Positions 5,833-11,685 of a DNA stretch of 32,000 bases are shown here, in pieces; position 1 is the first letter of the stretch; every line of letters starts with the position of its first letter. The stretch is from Erysipelotrichaceae bacterium (GTDB lineage Bacteria > Bacillota_I > Bacilli_A > Erysipelotrichales > Erysipelotrichaceae). Location: the NCBI GenBank assembly GCA_963676105.1, contig OY781039.1, positions 1,650,001-1,682,000 of the forward strand, read 5' to 3'. The translations under genes were made by a program, and so were the position numbers. The notes beneath the pieces are model-generated. The model was given only the letters and a program-made list of their open reading frames with translations. It was not told where the DNA came from and did no database searches.

Positions 5833-7695
5833 ATGCAAAGATTTATTTTTAAGCATAAAAACAAACTTACATTTATCAGTGGTGTATTAGTTCTAATTGG
5901 TTATATCAGTGAACTAATATTAGATAATCATCTTATCTTTGAAGGTTCATTGATAGGGGCTTCTATCATCGCATCACTACCTATTTTTATACAAGCTTAT
6001 CAGTCTTTGAAATATAAGGTCGTTAGTATTGATGTTTTAGTTTCTATCGCAGTATTAGGGGCGTTTATGATACAGGCGTATGAAGAATCTGCCATTGTCA
6101 GTTTTCTATTTTTGTTTGGTGCGTACTTAGAGGCAAGAACACTAAATAAAACTCGAACAGCCATTAAATCGTTACTAGATTTGGCTCCTGAAACAGCACT
6201 AAGACTTAATGAAGATGGAACTTATGAAGAAGTGGATATTGATGAGATAGATGTTGATGATCGTGTCTTGGTTAAGACTGGCGCAAAGATACCCGTGGAT
6301 GGAATCGTTTTGAGTGGGGAAGCCTATGTTGATGAAGCGAGTATTACGGGTGAATCAAAACCTATTTCAAAAGAGTCAAACTCTAATGTATATGCGGGGA
6401 CGATTGTCGACAATGGAACCCTACAAGTCCAAGCATTGCGGGTCGGTGAAGATACTATCTTTGGAAAGATTATTGAACTGGTTGAAGAAGCACAGGATTC
6501 TAAATCACAAACCGAACGTTTTATTGATCGTTTCTCTAAACATTACACACCTGTAGTATTACTACTAGCATTAGTTGTTTATGTCTTTACAAGAGATATA
6601 GAACTATCAATCACTATACTTGTCTTAGGATGTCCTGGAGCTTTAGTGATTGGTGTTCCAGTTTCGAACGTTGCAGGAATTGGTAATGGTGCAAGCCACT
6701 CAGTCTTATTTAAAGGGAGTGAAACTATTCAAAGCTTCTCTCAAGCTGATGTCTGTGTTTTTGATAAAACTGGTACTCTAACACAAGGTAAAGCACAAGT
6801 TTCAAGTATTAAGATATTAGATGAAGATAGTAAGGACATTGAATCAATCTTAGTCAGTGTAGAACATGAATCAACTCATCCATTGGCAAAAGCGATTGTC
6901 GATTATTTTGATCAGTTTGAACTTCATAAAGTAGAAAAGACTGAAGTGATAAAAGGTCAAGGTGTTAAAGCAGTCGTAAACAAACAAAAGGTTATTATTG
7001 GGAATCTTTCATTAATGAATAATGAATCAATTGTCATTGATGAATCTAGTTCAGAAGAAATCAAAAGCATTGAAGAAAATGGTCAAACCTTAATTCTAAT
7101 GTCTGTTGATCAAAGTCTTAAATGTATCATTGGCGTGAAAGATCAACTAAGAGCGAATGTTAAAGAAAATATTGAACGATTAAGAAAACATGGTATTAAA
7201 CGATTTGTACTATTATCGGGAGATAACCAAAGTACAGTGGATATTATCGCAAATGAATGTAACTTGACTGAAGCCTATGGGAATTTATTGCCTCAAGACA
7301 AACTTGAGTTTGTAAAGAAACTTCAAAAAGAACATCATCATGTGGTATTTGTTGGTGATGGGATTAATGACAGTCCTTCACTTACTCAAGCAGATATTGG
7401 GATTGCGATGGGTTGTGGTACAGATGTGGCCATTGAAACCTCTGATGTTGTATTGATGAATTCTAAGTTTGAAAGTTTAGTCCATGCCTATTTACTAAGC
7501 AAACACACCGCAATGAATATGAAACAAAATATTTTTATTGCGATAGCGGTCGTATTATTCTTACTAATCAGTGTTTTCTTTAGTGATTGGATGAATATGT
7601 CGATTGGGATGTTTGTTCATGAAGGTAGTATATTAGTGGTCATTTTAAATGGAATGCGTTTATTAAAATTTAAAACAAATGTGGAGGATATATGA
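5833..7695 (+). CDS. heavy-metal P1B-type ATPase, short form without an N-terminal metal-binding domain (P1B-4-like)
   Basis: 620 aa with DKTGTLT (6763-6783), a THPLAKAI HP motif, GDGINDSPSL, a TM motif C-P-G (6631-6639) and a last-TM HEGSILVVILNGMRLL (7618-). There is no HMA domain before the first TM helix. Confidence 0.9.
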   Translation: MQRFIFKHKNKLTFISGVLVLIGYISELILDNHLIFEGSLIGASIIASLPIFIQAYQSLKYKVVSIDVLVSIAVLGAFMIQAYEESAIVSFLFLFGAYLEARTLNKTRTAIKSLLDLAPETALRLNEDGTYEEVDIDEIDVDDRVLVKTGAKIPVDGIVLSGEAYVDEASITGESKPISKESNSNVYAGTIVDNGTLQVQALRVGEDTIFGKIIELVEEAQDSKSQTERFIDRFSKHYTPVVLLLALVVYVFTRDIELSITILVLGCPGALVIGVPVSNVAGIGNGASHSVLFKGSETIQSFSQADVCVFDKTGTLTQGKAQVSSIKILDEDSKDIESILVSVEHESTHPLAKAIVDYFDQFELHKVEKTEVIKGQGVKAVVNKQKVIIGNLSLMNNESIVIDESSSEEIKSIEENGQTLILMSVDQSLKCIIGVKDQLRANVKENIERLRKHGIKRFVLLSGDNQSTVDIIANECNLTEAYGNLLPQDKLEFVKKLQKEHHHVVFVGDGINDSPSLTQADIGIAMGCGTDVAIETSDVVLMNSKFESLVHAYLLSKHTAMNMKQNIFIAIAVVLFLLISVFFSDWMNMSIGMFVHEGSILVVILNGMRLLKFKTNVEDI

Positions 7696-7919
7696 AAAAA
7701 GCAGTTTTACAATTAGATACACTAGTGTGTCCATCATGTTCAATGAAAATTGAGAGTGCCGTTAAATCGATGGTGGGTGTGGATAAAGACAGTGTAAATG
7801 TATTATTTAATTCAAGTAAGGTGAAGTTAGACTTTGACGATTCTAATGTGTCAGTCGAACAAATTAATGAAGTTATCACTAAACTAGGATTTGATGTATT
7901 AAAGTCATCTATTAAATAA
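7692..7919 (+). CDS. stand-alone heavy-metal-associated (HMA) domain protein, CopZ-like
   Basis: 75 aa with LDTLVCPSCSMKIESAV (CxxC at 7728-7739) and a ferredoxin-like HMA pattern. Its start ATG overlaps the ATPase stop (ATGA at 7692-7695). Confidence 0.85.
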   Translation: MKKAVLQLDTLVCPSCSMKIESAVKSMVGVDKDSVNVLFNSSKVKLDFDDSNVSVEQINEVITKLGFDVLKSSIK

Positions 7920-7929
7920 ACAATTTAAG

Positions 7930-7949
7930 AAAGCGCAATGCGCTTTTTT
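7930..7949 (+). terminator. intrinsic terminator after the pump operon
   Basis: AAAGCGC (7930-7936) / GCGCTTT (7940-7946) with a T-run to 7949. Confidence 0.75.
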
Positions 7950-8012
7950 ACTAGGCAATCTGGTTGCGAAATTGATTACTTAAAGACAAAATAGAGACTA
8001 GGTAAATTGGTG

Positions 8013-8810
8013 ATGAAAATGTTAAAAACAGAATTTTTAATTAAAGATATGGATTGTCCATCAGAAGAGCAGATGATCCGCATGAAACTAGCTGACTATC
8101 AAACAATTAAGTCTTTGGATTTTGATTTAGATGCAAGAAAACTAACGGTTTTCCATGAAACCGAACTTGAAAAAATATCTAATTCACTGGATTCGTTAAA
8201 TTTGGGATCGAATTTAATTCAATCAAGCGAATATAATGACGAGATTACATCATCAAAAATTGATCGAAAGTTACTGTGGTGGGTTTTAATCATAAACTTT
8301 GGATTCTTTGTCTTAGAAGCTATCTTTGGTTATGTTTCAAATTCGATGGGTTTAGTAGCGGATTCATTAGATATGTTAGCCGATGCATTTGTTTATGGTT
8401 TGTGTATTTATGCTATTTCGGGAAGGTTGTTAATCAAGAAACGTATTTCAAGACTGAGTGGAACTTTACAAATGAGTCTTGCGATATTAGGCTTAATTGA
8501 AGTATTGAGACGTTTTATAGGATTGGAAGAAATTCCGAACTTTACCATGATGATTGGAATCTCTGTTTTAGCTTTGATTGGAAATTCTTTATCACTAGTG
8601 ATTTTAAACAAATCTAAAAGTGATGAGGTACATATTAAATCAAGTCAAATATTTACTTCAAATGATGTCATTGCGAATGTTGGGGTCATACTCGCAGGTA
8701 TATCTGTCTATTTTCTTGACTCTAGACTCCCAGATCTTATCATTGGCTTAATAGTATTCACTTTAGTCTTTAGAGGAGCCTTAAGGATATTTGAATTATC
8801 TAAGAACTAA
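8013..8810 (+). CDS. cation diffusion facilitator (CDF)-like transporter with an N-terminal HMA-like domain, lacking a C-terminal cytoplasmic domain
   Basis: The N-terminus FLIKDMDCPSEEQMIRMKL (DCPSEE at 8052-8069) is followed by the CDF TM1-TM2 signature LEAIFGYVSNSMGLVADSLDMLADA. The protein ends right after the last TM helix. The start is ambiguous: TTG 8007, ATG 8013 or ATG 8019. Confidence 0.72.
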   Translation: MKMLKTEFLIKDMDCPSEEQMIRMKLADYQTIKSLDFDLDARKLTVFHETELEKISNSLDSLNLGSNLIQSSEYNDEITSSKIDRKLLWWVLIINFGFFVLEAIFGYVSNSMGLVADSLDMLADAFVYGLCIYAISGRLLIKKRISRLSGTLQMSLAILGLIEVLRRFIGLEEIPNFTMMIGISVLALIGNSLSLVILNKSKSDEVHIKSSQIFTSNDVIANVGVILAGISVYFLDSRLPDLIIGLIVFTLVFRGALRIFELSKN

Positions 8811-8878
8811 AATTTAGATTATTTTGTCATATTAATGTCACAATAAATCAGTAAGCTATCTATGTTAGGAGAAAAGTT

Positions 8879-9367
8879 ATGAGTCACGTAAATCAAGTCA
8901 TGCAGGAAATGATTGAATATTATGGAACAGATGTTCGACGTATTAATCATTTTTTGAAAGTGTATGGCTATGCGAAAACCATCGCTGAGACTGAAGGACT
9001 TGATCAAAACCTTTGTGAGATAACAGAGATCTTAGGCTTAATACATGACATCGGAATTAAAAATAGTGAAGTGAAATATGGAAGCAGTTCAGGGATATAC
9101 CAACAAATTGAGGGTCCTGATGAAGCTAGAAAACTATTAACTAAGATTAAAGTGGATAGATTACAAATAGAACGTATTTGTTATGTGATAGCGCATCATC
9201 ATGAATACACTGATATTGATGGTCTGGATTATCAAATTTTAGTTGAAGCAGATTTTCTTGTGAATGCTTATGAAGATGAGTTAAGCAAAGATGTGATAAA
9301 AACATTTGAAGAAACTATTTTTAAAACACAAACTGGACTCAAGCTATTAGATAGCATTTATGGATAA
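8879..9367 (+). CDS. HD-domain phosphohydrolase-family protein
   Basis: 162 aa with an HDIG motif (LIHDIGI) and a downstream HHHEY. RBS AGGAGA lies upstream. Confidence 0.8.
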   Translation: MSHVNQVMQEMIEYYGTDVRRINHFLKVYGYAKTIAETEGLDQNLCEITEILGLIHDIGIKNSEVKYGSSSGIYQQIEGPDEARKLLTKIKVDRLQIERICYVIAHHHEYTDIDGLDYQILVEADFLVNAYEDELSKDVIKTFEETIFKTQTGLKLLDSIYG

Positions 9368-9644
9368 AAGACAAAGTGAAAAAGAAACAATAAATATCAT
9401 GATTGATCTTTATGATAAGCATCATCAAAGTGATCATAGTGAATTAAAAGATTACGCATTTAATCGAATTGATGCGTGTCCTTATACAGAGACGAAAACA
9501 TTTTGTAGTCAATGTAGTACACCCTGTTATAAAGAAGACATGAGATGTGAAATCAAAGAAGTTATGCGATATTCAGGACCTCGTATGATTCTAAAAAAAC
9601 CAGTACTTGCGCTTAAACATCTAAGATACACAATCTTTGGTTAA
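9360..9644 (+). CDS. nitrous-oxide-stimulated-promoter family protein (YgbA-like), Cys-rich
   Basis: 94 aa with CPYTETKTFCSQCSTPCYK and MRYSGPRMILKKP, typical of the YgbA_NO family. It overlaps the HD gene by 8 nt (ATGGATAA). Confidence 0.72.
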   Translation: MDKRQSEKETINIMIDLYDKHHQSDHSELKDYAFNRIDACPYTETKTFCSQCSTPCYKEDMRCEIKEVMRYSGPRMILKKPVLALKHLRYTIFG

Positions 9645-9739
9645 TATTGAAAAATATTTCCAATATCACTGCTGTATCTTTTTTAGTGCGGTATAGAGTG
9701 TTACGATAAATATAATAAAATTGTTTAGAGGAAAAAGAT

Positions 9740-10570
9740 ATGGATTTTTCAAAAGTACTAATTATTGCAGACATTGATGGAACTTTGGCTGACAAGGGTC
9801 AAGAAATAGGTCCGATTACACGCAAAGCTTTTCAGGAATTACACCGTAAAGGCGCTCGAATAGGTATTGCTTCAGGAAGACCAGCGAGTGATAAGTTGAA
9901 GATGCGTGCGGATAGTTGGGATCTAGGTTTCGAACTAGATCTTATGATTGGAATGAATGGTGGTCAATTAAGAGATTTAAGAACAGGTGAATATCAAGAA
10001 TTTTATAAGCTCAAAAAAGCCTATATCAAAGAAATTATTGAAATGATGAAACCAACGGGCTTAAATCCATTCGTTTATAAAACTGGCTATATGTTAAGTC
10101 AATATTTAGATGAGCGGATGTCTGCTTCTGCAATGAGAAATCATGAGCCGGCTATTCCAGCTAAAGAACTATCTGAATTATGGGAAGAAGATAATGCGAA
10201 ATTACTTTTTAGGTTGCCTGATGATTTGACTAAAGTGGATGATATTGTCGCGTTTGCGAAAGCACATCCAAAACCATATTATCAATCATTTCTAACTGGT
10301 CCACATATGCTTGAATTCCAAGACCCACGAGTCAATAAAGGTATAGCTCTAATAAAATATTGTGAAAATGTAGGATTAGATATAAAAGATGTCATTGCCT
10401 TTGGTGATGCGACTAATGATAATGAAATGCTTCAAGTGGCGGGCTTAGGCGTGTGTTTGAAAAATGGCATTCCTTCAACTAAAGCAATTGCAGATGTAGT
10501 TATGGATTATGAGTGTAGTGAAGATGGTGTTGGTCGATATTTGTATGACACAATTTTGAAAGATGAATAA
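9740..10570 (+). CDS. Cof-type HAD-IIB family hydrolase (sugar phosphatase-like)
   Basis: DIDGTL motif I, GDATNDNEML motif IV and a large cap region. RBS AGAGGAAAAAG. Confidence 0.88.
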   Translation: MDFSKVLIIADIDGTLADKGQEIGPITRKAFQELHRKGARIGIASGRPASDKLKMRADSWDLGFELDLMIGMNGGQLRDLRTGEYQEFYKLKKAYIKEIIEMMKPTGLNPFVYKTGYMLSQYLDERMSASAMRNHEPAIPAKELSELWEEDNAKLLFRLPDDLTKVDDIVAFAKAHPKPYYQSFLTGPHMLEFQDPRVNKGIALIKYCENVGLDIKDVIAFGDATNDNEMLQVAGLGVCLKNGIPSTKAIADVVMDYECSEDGVGRYLYDTILKDE

Positions 10571-10594
10571 TCTTTTACTACATAATTTGGATAA

Positions 10595-10603
10595 TGATAG
10601 AAT
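10595..10603 (+). promoter_or_regulatory. possible extended -10 promoter element for the AEC transporter gene
   Basis: TGaTAGAAT. No convincing -35 element was found. Confidence 0.3.
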
Positions 10604-10623
10604 CAAACATAAGGAAGGTACTT

Positions 10624-11559
10624 ATGTTTGATTCTTTAATATTGTCCTTGAATATTGTATTACCTTTGTTTGTGTTAATGCTAATTGGTTATTTACTTAG
10701 GTATTTTAAATTGGTTGATGAGCATACTTTAAAAGGCATGAATGTCATTGTTTTTAGAGTCTTACTACCAATCACTTTATTCCAAAGTTTAATTAAAACA
10801 AATATTGAAAAAATCTTTAATCCACAGTTAATTATCTTTGCGATTTCTGCCGTTTTAATCGCTGTTTTATTCTTTATGCTTGTTTATTCGAAGATTGAAA
10901 AAGATCCTAAAAAAGTTGGGGTCATGGTACAAGGTTCATTTAGAAGTAACTACATTCTTTTAGGACTACCAATCGCTATGAATATTTATGATGATGTTGG
11001 CGTTGTTAGTTTGCTCATTGCCTTTATTGTGCCTTTATACAATGTGATTGCGGTTATTATTTTGGAATACTATAGCGGTGGTGAAATTAATCTAAAACAA
11101 ACACTTATTAAAACAATAAAGAATCCCATTATTATCGGTGCAATATTAGGGGTGATTGTATTAGTGTCGGGTATTCAATTACCAAGTGCTGCTTCAAAAG
11201 TCGTTTCTTCGCTTGCCTATAGTGCCACACCGATTGCCTTAATGGTTTTAGGGGGCATGTTTGAGTTTCATGCGGTTAAAAAGAATCTTAGGAATTTAAG
11301 TATTATTGTGATTATGAAATTAATTCTATTACCTCTAATAGGAAGTCTTGTTGCCTATACTTTTGGTTTTAGGGGAATTGAATTAGTCGCATTACTGTTA
11401 ATGTTTGGATCACCTGTTGCAGTTTCATCTTATCCGATGGCTGTGGTTTTAAATTGTGATGGTGAACTGGCAAGTCAAGCTGTTTTAGTATCAACCCTTG
11501 CCTCAGTATTTACGTTCTTTTTCTGGGTCTTTGGTTTTAGATTGCTTGATTTATTGTAG
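10624..11559 (+). CDS. AEC (auxin efflux carrier) family permease
   Basis: About 10 TM helices, with an N-terminus MFDSLILSLNIVLPLFVLMLIGY typical of the family. Strong RBS AAGGAAGG lies before ATG 10624, so the tracked start 10594 is less likely. Confidence 0.85.
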   Translation: MFDSLILSLNIVLPLFVLMLIGYLLRYFKLVDEHTLKGMNVIVFRVLLPITLFQSLIKTNIEKIFNPQLIIFAISAVLIAVLFFMLVYSKIEKDPKKVGVMVQGSFRSNYILLGLPIAMNIYDDVGVVSLLIAFIVPLYNVIAVIILEYYSGGEINLKQTLIKTIKNPIIIGAILGVIVLVSGIQLPSAASKVVSSLAYSATPIALMVLGGMFEFHAVKKNLRNLSIIVIMKLILLPLIGSLVAYTFGFRGIELVALLLMFGSPVAVSSYPMAVVLNCDGELASQAVLVSTLASVFTFFFWVFGFRLLDLL

Positions 11560-11592
11560 ATGGTAAGTAAGCAAATTAGTACTTTAGCACAC

Positions 11593-11621
11593 TTACATTA
11601 AAAGTATTAAGACTGTATAAT
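11593..11621 (+). promoter_or_regulatory. putative sigma-A promoter of the EAL-protein gene
   Basis: TTACAT (11593-11598), 17-nt spacer, TATAAT (11616-11621). Confidence 0.45.
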
Positions 11622-11685
11622 AAATATACATAAGTTTGAAGTGTTGGGGATCATTGATAAGACTTGTTAGATGTTGGAGGTTGTT

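Noticed and set aside
8825-8840. Direct repeat TGTCA-N6-TGTCA (also readable as imperfect TTGTCA-N8-TCACAA) upstream of the HD-domain gene, as a possible CRP/FNR-type site.
   Set aside because: It is too short and imperfect, matches neither TTGAT-N4-ATCAA nor TGTGA-N6-TCACA, and has no clear promoter context.
4643-9700. Genomic island integrated at ssrA.
   Set aside because: No integrase or recombinase gene, and no visible direct repeat of the ssrA 3' end, occur in the 27 kb downstream. The idea is kept only as a minor remark.
5551-9795. Nested or antisense track ORFs 5551..5772(-), 6314..6556(+), 7670..7879(-), 8276..8500(+), 8408..8611(-), 8819..9007(-) and 9613..9795(-).
   Set aside because: Each lies within or antisense to a better-supported gene, or spans an intergenic region without an RBS. 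None has recognisable motifs.
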